Source of the DNA: Acidobacteriota bacterium
Lineage (GTDB): Bacteria; Acidobacteriota; Vicinamibacteria; Vicinamibacterales; CAVVIG01
Reading direction: 5' to 3'
Assembly (NCBI GenBank): GCA_023265105.1
Contig: JAHFUJ010000001.1
Span: forward strand, 15,243-79,242
DNA: 64,000 nt
The position numbers were made by a program, and so were the translations under genes. The notes below the pieces were generated by a model. The model saw only the letters and a list, made by a program, of their open reading frames with translations, did not search any database and was not told where the DNA came from. Position 1 is the stretch's first letter. Each line of letters begins with the position of its first letter. This document shows positions 43,676 through 52,800 of the stretch, piece after piece.

Positions 43676-45772
43676 ATGAGGAACCTTTTGGGCCGCGTGC
43701 GGCGCGCGTCGAAGCGGCCGCTGCGCTATCTGGCGGCCCGGCTGATCGAAGCCGGCCGCGCCCGACTCCAGCGTCCGTGGTCCCGCGCGTACCCGCACGT
43801 GCTGACCGCGCGCGCCATCGTGAAGGCGGCCGGCGCGGCCTCGATCGACGAGCTGTGGCGGACCGAGCAAGCCGCTCCGTTCTTCGTGTCGCCGGCGCGT
43901 CGCGAAGAGTGGACGCGGAGTTTTCGCACCCGGTACCCCGACGGTCCGCCTTCGATCGTGAGCCCTGCCGATCGAGCGGTCCGTCACGAGTTCGATCTTC
44001 TTGGCTCCGGATGCGTCGCGCTCGGATCCGCCCTCCCCTGGCACACGGACTTCAAATCAGGCCGCGAGTGGCCGCTCGAGTCCTCACCCAGCCTGCAGTA
44101 CATCGAGCTCGATCGACCGTCGGACGTCAAGATCCCCTGGGAGCTCAGCCGGTGCCAGCACTTCACGACGCTCGGTCAGGCCTATTGGCTGACCGGCGAC
44201 GAGCGATACGCGCAGGAGTTTGTCCACCAGGTCACCGACTGGATCGCGCGGAACCCCCGGAGCTACGGTGTGAACTGGGCCTGCGCCATGGACGTCGCGC
44301 TGCGCGCGGTGAGCTGGATCTGGGGCTTCTACTTTCTTAGCGATTCAACTGCTTGCCGACCTCGCGCGTTTCGAGGCGCGTTTCTCCGTGCGCTCTACCT
44401 GCACGCCGACTACATCGCGCATCACCTCGAGCGCGGCGAGGTCAACGGCAACCATTATCTGTGCGACGGCGTCGGCCTCGTCTTTCTCGGGACGTTCTTC
44501 CGCGCGACGCCCAAGGGCCGAGACTGGCTCCAGGTCGGCAAGGACATCATCGACGCCGAGATCTTCAACCAGACGAGCGAAGACGGCGTCGATTTCGAAA
44601 AATCGACCGCCTATCACCGGCTGGTCCTCGAGGCGTTTCTCACGTCGTATCTGCTTCTCGAGCTCCACGGCGAGCGGCTGTCTCCCGAGTGGGTCGCGCG
44701 GCTCGGCCGGATGTTCGAATTCGTCGAAGCCTACACCAAACCCGATGGCACCATTCCGTTGATCGGCGATGCCGACGATGGCCGCATCCAGAAGCTTGGC
44801 GTGCAGAGCATCAACGATCACCGGTACCTGCTCGCCGCCGGCGCCGCGCTGTTCAAGCGCGGCGACTTCAAGCGCGCCGCGGGCGGATTCCGTGACGAAG
44901 CCTTCTGGCTGCTCGGGCCCGCGGGCGCGGACAGGTTCGATGCCATCGACACCGAGACACAGCCGGTTGCCTCGAAGGCGTTTGACGCCGGAGGGTTCTA
45001 CGTCCTTCGGACCGATCGCGCGCACGTCATCGTGGATTGCGGCGAGGTGGGCATGCACGGGCGTGGCGGACACGGCCACAGCGACATCACCAGCATCGAA
45101 GTGTGGCTGGACGGCATGAACCTCGTCACCGATTGCGGGGCGTACCTCTACACGTCGTCGCGCGAGTGGCGCAACCGGTTCCGCAGTACGGCGTTTCATA
45201 ACGTCGTGCAGGTGGACGACGAGGAACTGAACAGGCTGATTTCGCCAGATCATCTCTGGCAGCTCCGTGACGATGCCAGGCCGCAAGACGTGGCGTGGCG
45301 CTTTGACGATCGCGCCGATTACTTTCGCGGCGCCCACACCGCGTATGCGCGACTGGACCCGCCGGTCACGGTCACGCGCGAACTGCTGCTGCGCAAGGAT
45401 GGTCCCGACGTGCTGGTCCGCGATTCGATCGACGGTCGCGGATCGCGTGAGCTGGTGTGGCGCTTCCATCTGGATGCCGCCCTGCATGCGGAGATCGATC
45501 GCGGCGACGTCCGGCTTTCCTCCGGCACTCGCGACGCGTGGCTGCAGCTCGTGGAGCCGATTGTCGGATCCACGATCACGCTCGAAGAGGGCTGGGTGTC
45601 ACCGACGTACGGCGTCCGCACGAAGACCCAAGTGGCCGTGAGGAAGGCTCGGACGTCGCTGCCGGTCGTCGCATCGTTCAGGATCGGTTTGGTGCGTTTG
45701 GCACCGGCTTCGTTGCAACATTTGACGTCGGCGTTTGCTGCGCCGCGCCAGGATTCGCTCGTCGGCATGTAA
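43676..45772 (+). CDS. Heparinase II/III-like (alginate-lyase-fold N-domain plus Hepar_II_III C-domain) protein
   Basis: 'WELSRCQHF', 'NWACAMDVALRAVSW', 'NGNHYLCDGVGLVFLG', 'EKSTAYHRLVLE' and 'GGHGHSDITSIEVW'. TTG 43667 is an alternative start. Confidence 0.8.
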   Translation: MRNLLGRVRRASKRPLRYLAARLIEAGRARLQRPWSRAYPHVLTARAIVKAAGAASIDELWRTEQAAPFFVSPARREEWTRSFRTRYPDGPPSIVSPADRAVRHEFDLLGSGCVALGSALPWHTDFKSGREWPLESSPSLQYIELDRPSDVKIPWELSRCQHFTTLGQAYWLTGDERYAQEFVHQVTDWIARNPRSYGVNWACAMDVALRAVSWIWGFYFLSDSTACRPRAFRGAFLRALYLHADYIAHHLERGEVNGNHYLCDGVGLVFLGTFFRATPKGRDWLQVGKDIIDAEIFNQTSEDGVDFEKSTAYHRLVLEAFLTSYLLLELHGERLSPEWVARLGRMFEFVEAYTKPDGTIPLIGDADDGRIQKLGVQSINDHRYLLAAGAALFKRGDFKRAAGGFRDEAFWLLGPAGADRFDAIDTETQPVASKAFDAGGFYVLRTDRAHVIVDCGEVGMHGRGGHGHSDITSIEVWLDGMNLVTDCGAYLYTSSREWRNRFRSTAFHNVVQVDDEELNRLISPDHLWQLRDDARPQDVAWRFDDRADYFRGAHTAYARLDPPVTVTRELLLRKDGPDVLVRDSIDGRGSRELVWRFHLDAALHAEIDRGDVRLSSGTRDAWLQLVEPIVGSTITLEEGWVSPTYGVRTKTQVAVRKARTSLPVVASFRIGLVRLAPASLQHLTSAFAAPRQDSLVGM

Positions 45773-45775
45773 TCG

Positions 45776-48037
45776 ATGCGTCAACTACTGATGAACATGA
45801 ACGGCGTCGCGGTGGCGCGCATGCCGCGGCCCGTGGTGCAGGCCGGCACGGTGCTGATCCGCGTCCGCTACTCGCTCGTGAGCGTGGGCACCGAAGTCGC
45901 GCCGCTCAGGTCCTCGAGCGTTTCGGCCCCCGACACGCCGGCCATCGAGCGGGGCCTCGATCGCGCTCGCCTCCTCAAGCATTACTTCCACGCCAGTCTT
46001 CGGGATCCACGGAAGGCGGTTCGCCGGATCTCGCAGATCGCCGAGCAGCGACTCTTGCGAGCTCGTCAGTCCGCAGTGGCGCGCGCCGGAACGGCACCGG
46101 CGCCGGCTCAGGTTTCGTCGGACTTGAACGCGCAAGGATGGGCGATCGGCTACTCCGTGGCGGGCGAAGTGGTCGCGGTCGGCGATGGTATCACCGATCT
46201 CGCTCCGGGCGACCTCGTCGCCGCCGCGGGAGCTGGTCAGGCGAACCACGCGGATTACGTGAACGTTTCGCGTAATCTGGTCTGCCGCGTTCCGCCGGGT
46301 TGCGATCTGAGGCATGCGGCGTCGGCGACCGTCGGCGCGATCGCGCTCCAGGGCGTCCGCCGCGCGGCGCCGCAGCTCGGCGAACGCGTCTCGGTCGTGG
46401 GGCTCGGCTTGATTGGACAGATCACGATCCAACTGCTGAAGGCTGCCGGATGCCGGGTCATCGGTCTCGATCCCGACGCGGGACGGGTCAAGCGGGCGCT
46501 CGCTCTCGGTCTCGACGCCGGCGCGTCGGACGTCGACGCCTACAAGGCGCTCGTGCGCGATGCCACCGCCGGGCACGGCGCGGATCGCACGCTTCTCACC
46601 GCCGCGACGAGCTCCCACACCGTCGTCAACTTGGCGATGGAGCTCACGCGCGCGAAAGGGACCGTGGTCATCGTCGGCGACGTCGGGCTGAACGTGGACA
46701 GAGCCGCGTTCTACCGTAAGGAGATCGATCTGCTAATGAGCACGTCATATGGACCAGGACGGTACGACCCGGCGTATGAGGCCGAAGGGCACGACTATCC
46801 GTACCCGTACGTCCGTTGGACCCTGAACCGAAACATGCAGGCCTACCTCGAACTTGTCTCGAGCGGCCGGATGAACTTCGAGGCGCTCATCGATCGCGTC
46901 GTGCCGATCGACGAAGCGCCGATGACGTATGCGGAGCTCGCGAAGGCCGAAGACGCGCTGCCGCTCGGCGTGTTGATTCGCTATCCGGACGAACAAGAGC
47001 GGCAACCAGAGCCGACGCGGGTCACGCTCGCCGGCCATCGTCGGGCGACGGGCACGCGGATCAATTACGCGCTCGTCGGCGCCGGTGCCTTCGGGACCGC
47101 GATGCTCGTCCCCCAGATGCAAAAACGAGCGGATCGGTATTTTCTGCGCGGCGTCGTCAGCCGTACTGGCATGCAGGGCAGCAACTTCGCTCGCGACAAA
47201 CAGGTCGAGATCCTGACGAGCGATCTCGACGCTGTCCTAAACGATCCGGGATTTCAGCTCGTCGTGATCGCGACGCGGCATCACGAGCATGCCGATCAGG
47301 TGGTCCGGTCGCTCGCGGCCGGCAAGCATGTGTTCGTGGAGAAGCCGCTCGCCATCTCGTGGGACGGCCTCGAGCGAGTGGTGCGCACCTATTCGACGAT
47401 GACGACCGCGCCGCTCCTGATGGTCGGCTTCAACCGGCGATTCTCGCCGGCGCTGCAGACCTTGAAGGAGCGACTGGCCGGCCGACGATCGCCGCTGATG
47501 ATTCAGTATCGGCTCAACGCCGGGTACATTCCGCTCGACCACTGGGTTCACGGCGCCCAGGGCGGCGGGCGCAACGTCGGCGAGGCGTGCCACATGTACG
47601 ACGTCTTCCGCTTTCTCGCCGGCGCGCCGGCACGGTCGATCGATGCCGCCGCGATCGACCCGCGCGAGCTTCCGTACGCCCGCAACGACAACTTCGCCGC
47701 GACAATCACCTACGACGACGGGACGGTTGCCAGCCTCGTGTACACTGCGCTCGGCCCGAAGAGCGGGATCGGCAAGGAGCACATCACCGTGTTCTGTGAC
47801 GGCGAGGCGTTCATCGTCGACGATTTCAGAAAGCTGACCAGGGCGAGCGACGGATCGATGCTGTGGCAGAGCGGAGAGCCCGACAAGGGTCATTTCGAAG
47901 AGCTGAGCCGGTTGGGCGACGCGATCGCCACGGGAGGCGCTGCGCCCATCCCATTTGAGGAAATCGTCGAAACGTCCTCGGTCGCGCTTCAGGTCGAGGA
48001 TCTCATTCACGGCCGGACGGCCGGCTGGACTACTTGA
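45776..48037 (+). CDS. Bi-domain oxidoreductase: MDR/zinc-type alcohol dehydrogenase-like N-half plus Gfo/Idh/MocA C-half
   Basis: N-half: 'GYSVAGEVVAVG', 'VSVVGLGLIGQITIQLLKAAGCRVIGLD'. C-half: 'INYALVGAGAFGT', 'ATRHHEHADQV...GKHVFVEKPL'. Confidence 0.85.
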   Translation: MRQLLMNMNGVAVARMPRPVVQAGTVLIRVRYSLVSVGTEVAPLRSSSVSAPDTPAIERGLDRARLLKHYFHASLRDPRKAVRRISQIAEQRLLRARQSAVARAGTAPAPAQVSSDLNAQGWAIGYSVAGEVVAVGDGITDLAPGDLVAAAGAGQANHADYVNVSRNLVCRVPPGCDLRHAASATVGAIALQGVRRAAPQLGERVSVVGLGLIGQITIQLLKAAGCRVIGLDPDAGRVKRALALGLDAGASDVDAYKALVRDATAGHGADRTLLTAATSSHTVVNLAMELTRAKGTVVIVGDVGLNVDRAAFYRKEIDLLMSTSYGPGRYDPAYEAEGHDYPYPYVRWTLNRNMQAYLELVSSGRMNFEALIDRVVPIDEAPMTYAELAKAEDALPLGVLIRYPDEQERQPEPTRVTLAGHRRATGTRINYALVGAGAFGTAMLVPQMQKRADRYFLRGVVSRTGMQGSNFARDKQVEILTSDLDAVLNDPGFQLVVIATRHHEHADQVVRSLAAGKHVFVEKPLAISWDGLERVVRTYSTMTTAPLLMVGFNRRFSPALQTLKERLAGRRSPLMIQYRLNAGYIPLDHWVHGAQGGGRNVGEACHMYDVFRFLAGAPARSIDAAAIDPRELPYARNDNFAATITYDDGTVASLVYTALGPKSGIGKEHITVFCDGEAFIVDDFRKLTRASDGSMLWQSGEPDKGHFEELSRLGDAIATGGAAPIPFEEIVETSSVALQVEDLIHGRTAGWTT

Positions 48038-48038
48038 C

Positions 48039-49613
48039 ATGGCGGCGCGACTGGAACCGTCGGTGCGGAGGCGTGTGTTCAGGGCGATTCTGTTCGTCTC
48101 CTTTACCTCGGTGGCCCTGGCTGCCGCCGAAATCGCCACGCGGATCATCGACGGGTATCGGCTCGTATCGCTCCGCCTGGAGATGTCGCGCGAGCCCCTG
48201 CAGCCGGCCGAGCCGGAGCACCGATCAGGGTCGCAGAAATGGCGGGGCGACACCGACGCGTTGCCGTTCGTTCAGCAGCTTCCAGTGGCGGCGGGCGTCG
48301 ACCGCGAGTGGTTCACCGCGCACGTGCCCGATCGGCCCGTCGCACGTCCTGACGCGGACCTGCAGGCCCGTGCAGAACGCTACACGCGTGTTGCCGAACT
48401 GCACGCGAATTACGAATGGAACTGGAAGTTTGTGGCCAAGGCGGTTTGTCGAGGCGACTACCGCGATGGTGGAGACACCTTCAATCAACTTGATGACATT
48501 TATGTGTTCGATCCGACCGATGACTCGGAATGGCCGACGTACCGATTCTTGAGGGGGGTCACCTATCCCTCCGGCTTGCGGACAAATGCCTTTGGCTGGC
48601 GTGGGCCCGATATTCCGCTGAACAAACCGCCTGGGACGATCCGCATCGCGTTTATCGGCGCCTCGACCACCGTGAGTCCTCACGCCGAACCTTACTCGTA
48701 CCCGGAGCTGGTCGGATTCTGGCTCAACAAATGGGCCGCCTCGCATGGCCTCGGCATATCTGTCGACGTGATCAACGCCGGGCGCGAAGGCGTGAACTCA
48801 CGGAGCATCCAGGCCGTCGTGCGGCAGGAGCTGGCGCCGGTTGAACCGGACCTCGCCGTGTACTACGAAGGCGCCAATCAGTTCTGGCCGGCCGATTTCC
48901 TCTGGACGAGGCTGCTGCCGCGCAGCCGTGTCAGCGGCCCTCAGCCGAGCGTGCTGGCGTCGTTTTCGGCGATCGCCCGTCGCGTCGAAAGTGCTATGAG
49001 GCACGCGGGTCTGCCTGGCGTTGAACCGCCAAAACCACCTCTCATCGTCAAATGGCCGCGCGATCTCGACGAGCGCGACCCGGATCTCGCGCATCCGCAT
49101 TTGCCAATCGAACTGCCGCACATCCTGGGCGACATCGAGATCATTCGTCGTGCGCTGGAGGAGGAAGGTGGCAAGCTCGTGATGACGTCTTTCGTCTGGC
49201 TGGTGCATCCCGGCCTCGTGCTCGATCCGGTGAGTGACGCCATGCTTTTTGACTACTTGAACACCATGTACTGGCCGTTCAACTACGCGCATATGCGGCG
49301 CTTCCTGGATTTTCAGACACGGGCGTTTCGGAAGTACGCCGCCGTGCACGGTCTCGACTTCATCGACCTGGTGGCCGCGTATCCTCGGGATCCTCGCCTG
49401 TTCGACGATGCGGTTCATATGACGCATGCGGGCATTCGCCTGCAGGCGTGGATCGTGTTCAACGGGCTCGTGCCCATCATCGAGCGACGGATGGCGTCTC
49501 ACGAGTGGCCGCGACCCATCCGGCATGTCCTGTCCAAACACCCAGCATTCGGCGAGCGTCGTCTGGTGCCGATGACCGAAGTACGCGCTGCGTGCAACGC
49601 GGCGGTGCACTAA
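48039..49613 (+). CDS. Membrane-anchored SGNH-hydrolase-like protein, tandem paralog A
   Basis: N-terminal helix 'ILFVSFTSVALAAAEIA'. SGNH blocks: I 'IAFIGASTTV', II 'VINAGREGVNS', III 'YYEGANQFW', V 'DDAVHMTHAG'. Confidence 0.7.
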   Translation: MAARLEPSVRRRVFRAILFVSFTSVALAAAEIATRIIDGYRLVSLRLEMSREPLQPAEPEHRSGSQKWRGDTDALPFVQQLPVAAGVDREWFTAHVPDRPVARPDADLQARAERYTRVAELHANYEWNWKFVAKAVCRGDYRDGGDTFNQLDDIYVFDPTDDSEWPTYRFLRGVTYPSGLRTNAFGWRGPDIPLNKPPGTIRIAFIGASTTVSPHAEPYSYPELVGFWLNKWAASHGLGISVDVINAGREGVNSRSIQAVVRQELAPVEPDLAVYYEGANQFWPADFLWTRLLPRSRVSGPQPSVLASFSAIARRVESAMRHAGLPGVEPPKPPLIVKWPRDLDERDPDLAHPHLPIELPHILGDIEIIRRALEEEGGKLVMTSFVWLVHPGLVLDPVSDAMLFDYLNTMYWPFNYAHMRRFLDFQTRAFRKYAAVHGLDFIDLVAAYPRDPRLFDDAVHMTHAGIRLQAWIVFNGLVPIIERRMASHEWPRPIRHVLSKHPAFGERRLVPMTEVRAACNAAVH

Positions 49614-51202
49614 TGCTTCCCACGCTTGACATGTCGTCGCCACGAAAGCCGTTCACGCGGTGGGGTCTGCTGAGGGTGATGCTGTTGGTGGCCTGTACAG
49701 TCATGGCCCTCGCGGCGGCCGAAATTGCCGCGCGGATCACCGACGGCTATCGGCTCACCTCGCTCCGCCTGGAGGTGTCGCACGACCGGCTGTGGCCGGC
49801 TGACCCGGAACCCCGGTCGGGGCCGCAGAAATGGCGAGGCGACGCCGATGCGTGGCCCTACGTGCGGCAGCTTCCCGTTACGCCGGGCGTCGACCGCGAG
49901 TGGTTCGCGTCGCGACCGCCTGACCGGGGCGTCCCGCGCCCTGACGCGGACCTAGAGGCCCGCGCCAAACGGTATAAGGGCGACGAGCTGTACGCGAATT
50001 ACGAATGGAACTGGGAGTACGTGGTCAATACCGTTTGTCGAGGCGAGCACCGCGAAAACAAAGAGCTCTTCAACAGGCTCGACGACATTTACGTGTTCGA
50101 TCCGACCGATGGATCGGAGTCGCCGACCTACCGCTTCTTGAGGAACGTGACGTATCCAACCGGTCTGCGGACGAACACGTTCGGTTGGCGCGGGCCCGAC
50201 ATCCCATTGAACAAGCCGCCCCGGACGATCCGCATTGCGTTTGTCGGCGCGTCCACGACCGTCGGTCCTCACGGGGAGCCATATTCGTATCCAGAGCTGG
50301 TCGGGTTGTGGCTGAATCGATGGATGGAGGCGCATCACCTTGATATCTCCATCGACGCGATCAACGCCGGGCGCGAAGGCGTGAACTCGCGGAGCATCCA
50401 GGCCGTCGTGCGGCAGGAAGCGGTGCCGGTCGAACCGGACCTCGTCGTGTACTACGAAGGCTCCAATCAGTTCTGGCCTGCCGATTTCATTTCGACGACG
50501 CTGCCTCCGCGCAGCCGCCTCAGCGGTCCGCAGCCGAGTGTGCTGGCGTCGTATTCGGTGATCGCCCGTCGCGTCGAGAGCGTCGTCAGACACGCGGTGG
50601 AGCCGGGCTTCGAGCCGCCCAAGCCGCCTCTCGTCGTCAACTGGCCGCCCGATCTTGACGAACGCGACCCGGATCTCGCCCATCCGCATCTGCCAATTGA
50701 ACTGCCGCACATCCTGGGCGACTTGGAGATCATGCGTCGGGCAGTGGACGAGGAAGGTGGCCGCTTCGTGATGACGTCTTTCGTCTGGCTCGTGTATCCC
50801 GGCCTCGTGCTCGATCCGGTACGCGATGCCTTTGCGTATGACTATCTGAACACCATGTTCTGGCCGTTCACGTACGCTCAGATGCGGCGCTTCCTGGATT
50901 TTCAGACGCAGGCGTTTCGGAAGTACGCCGCCGTGCACGGCCTCGATTTCATCGATCTGGTGGCCGCGTATCCTCGCGATCCCCGCCTGTTCGACGACGG
51001 AATTCACATGACGCGCGCGGGCATTCACCTGCAGGCCTGGATTGCGTTCAACGGGATCGTGCCCATTATCGAGCGGCAGCTGGCGTCTCACGCGTGGCCG
51101 CGACCCGTCCGGCATGCCCTGTCCAGACATCCGGCATTCGGCGAGCGTCGTCTCGTCTCGATGACCGAAGTGCGGGCCACGTGCAACGCGGCGGCGCGCT
51201 AA
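49613..51202 (+). CDS. Membrane-anchored SGNH-hydrolase-like protein, tandem paralog B
   Basis: ATG 49613 overlaps A's stop (TAATG); ATG 49631 (MSSPRK) is an alternative start. Blocks are 'IAFVGASTTV', 'AINAGREGVNS', 'YYEGSNQFW' and 'DDGIHMTRAG'. Confidence 0.7.
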   Translation: MLPTLDMSSPRKPFTRWGLLRVMLLVACTVMALAAAEIAARITDGYRLTSLRLEVSHDRLWPADPEPRSGPQKWRGDADAWPYVRQLPVTPGVDREWFASRPPDRGVPRPDADLEARAKRYKGDELYANYEWNWEYVVNTVCRGEHRENKELFNRLDDIYVFDPTDGSESPTYRFLRNVTYPTGLRTNTFGWRGPDIPLNKPPRTIRIAFVGASTTVGPHGEPYSYPELVGLWLNRWMEAHHLDISIDAINAGREGVNSRSIQAVVRQEAVPVEPDLVVYYEGSNQFWPADFISTTLPPRSRLSGPQPSVLASYSVIARRVESVVRHAVEPGFEPPKPPLVVNWPPDLDERDPDLAHPHLPIELPHILGDLEIMRRAVDEEGGRFVMTSFVWLVYPGLVLDPVRDAFAYDYLNTMFWPFTYAQMRRFLDFQTQAFRKYAAVHGLDFIDLVAAYPRDPRLFDDGIHMTRAGIHLQAWIAFNGIVPIIERQLASHAWPRPVRHALSRHPAFGERRLVSMTEVRATCNAAAR

Positions 51203-51219
51203 TCCTTCCCACGTTTGAC

Positions 51220-52788
51220 ATGTCGTCGCCACGAAAACGGTTGACGCGGCGGGGTCTGCTGCGGGTGATGCTGTTGGTGGCCTGTACAGGCATGACCCTT
51301 CCTGCGGCCGAGATTGCCGCGCGGATCATCGACGGATATCGGCTCACCTCGCTCCGCCTGAAAGGATCGCGCGATCGGGTGCGTCCGGCCGTCCCGGACG
51401 ACCGATCGGGGTCGCAGAAATGGCGAGGCGACGTTGACGCGCGGTCCTACATGCAGCGGCTACCGGTGGCGGCGGGCGTCGACCGCGAGTGGTTCACCTT
51501 ACGAATGCCGGATCGGCCCGTTCTGCGCCCCGACCCGGACCTGGAGGCCCGCGCGAAACGGTACGAGGACGCTGAGTTGCCGGCCAACTATGAGTGGAAT
51601 GGGAAAGCGGTGGCCAACGCGGTTTGCCGGGGCGAGCACCGTAACCTGGTGGCATTTGATCGGTTTGAGGATGTCTACGTGTTCGACGCGATCGACGGCT
51701 CCGACCTGCCGACGTTCCGATTCCTGCAGGACGCCGCCTATCCATCGGGCCTCCGAACGAACGCGTTCGGATGGCGCGGATCAGAGATTGCGCTCAACAA
51801 ACCGCCGCACACACTCCGTATCGCGTTTGTCGGCGCCTCGACCACCGTGAGTCCTCACGCGGAGCCGTACTCATACCCGGAACTGGTGGGATTCTGGCTC
51901 AATACATGGGCAGCATCGCATGGTCTCGACATCTCCGTCGAGGTGATGAATGCCGGGCGCGAGGCGCTGACATCGCGTAGCTTCCAAGCGATCGTGCGCC
52001 AGGAGCTGACGCCAGTCGAGCCGGATCTCGTTGTCTACTACGAAGGGTCCAATCAGTTCTGGCCGTCGGACTTCCTCTCGACGCCAGTACCCCGACCTAG
52101 CCGGGTGATGGGACTGGTGCGCCGTGGCTTGGTGTTGTATTCGGCCCTCGCAAACCGGCTTCTCTATGTGGTACGGAAGTCGACGGAGTCTGGTTCCGAA
52201 CCGCCAAAGCCGCGGTTGACGATCGACTGGCCGCGTGACGTCGACGAGCGCAACCCGGATCTCAACGACCCGCGTTTGCCGATCGCTCTGCCCACGATCC
52301 TCGACGACCTCGAAACGATTCGCCACACGCTGGAGGAGAACGATGGCAAGCTGGTGATGACGTCCTTCGTCTGGCTGGTCCATCCGGGCCTGGTCGTGGA
52401 CCCGGCTCGTGACGCCGATCTGTTTTCGTATCTGAACACGACATTCTGGCCGTTCACGTACGCGCACATGCGGCGCTTCCTTGACTTTCAGACAGAGGTA
52501 TTTCGGAAGTACGCCGCCGTGCACAGTCTCGACTTCATCGATCTGGCAGCCGCGTATCCACGAGATCCTCGCTTGTTCGACGACGCGATTCACATGACGC
52601 ATGCGGGCATTCGCCTGCAGGCGTGGATTGTGTTCAACGGACTCGTGCCCATCCTCGAGCGGCGGCTGGCGTCTCACGAGTGGCCACGACCTGCCCGCCA
52701 TACGCTGTCCAAGCATCCGGCGTTCGCCGGTCGCCGCCTTGTCCCGATGACCGAGATACGGGCCACGTGCAATGCGGCGGCGCACTAG
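51220..52788 (+). CDS. Membrane-anchored SGNH-hydrolase-like protein, tandem paralog C
   Basis: The position homologous to B's first ATG reads ATC, so the start is ATG 51220 (MSSPRK). Blocks are 'IAFVGASTTV', 'VMNAGREALTS', 'YYEGSNQFW' and 'DDAIHMTHAG'. Confidence 0.7.
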   Translation: MSSPRKRLTRRGLLRVMLLVACTGMTLPAAEIAARIIDGYRLTSLRLKGSRDRVRPAVPDDRSGSQKWRGDVDARSYMQRLPVAAGVDREWFTLRMPDRPVLRPDPDLEARAKRYEDAELPANYEWNGKAVANAVCRGEHRNLVAFDRFEDVYVFDAIDGSDLPTFRFLQDAAYPSGLRTNAFGWRGSEIALNKPPHTLRIAFVGASTTVSPHAEPYSYPELVGFWLNTWAASHGLDISVEVMNAGREALTSRSFQAIVRQELTPVEPDLVVYYEGSNQFWPSDFLSTPVPRPSRVMGLVRRGLVLYSALANRLLYVVRKSTESGSEPPKPRLTIDWPRDVDERNPDLNDPRLPIALPTILDDLETIRHTLEENDGKLVMTSFVWLVHPGLVVDPARDADLFSYLNTTFWPFTYAHMRRFLDFQTEVFRKYAAVHSLDFIDLAAAYPRDPRLFDDAIHMTHAGIRLQAWIVFNGLVPILERRLASHEWPRPARHTLSKHPAFAGRRLVPMTEIRATCNAAAH

Positions 52789-52800
52789 TTCTTCCCACCA

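Larger units (their letters stand above)
48039..52788 (+). repeat. Tandem triplication of a ~1.59-kb gene unit (three SGNH-like paralogs)
   Basis: The three translations are collinear end to end. The last ~90 aa are ~85% identical by eye. The junction sequence '..tgcaacgcggcgg.gc.ctaat.cttcccacg.ttgacatgtcgtcgccacgaaa' recurs at 49.6 kb and 51.2 kb. Confidence 0.85.

Noticed and set aside
48031..48041. TTGACA hexamers immediately before the start codons of the three SGNH paralogs (48034, ~49626, ~51215), considered as -35 promoter boxes.
   Set aside because: They lie 0-2 nt from the ATG, which is too close to serve that gene. In copies B and C they are part of the conserved coding or junction sequence (L/F-D-M) propagated by the duplication.
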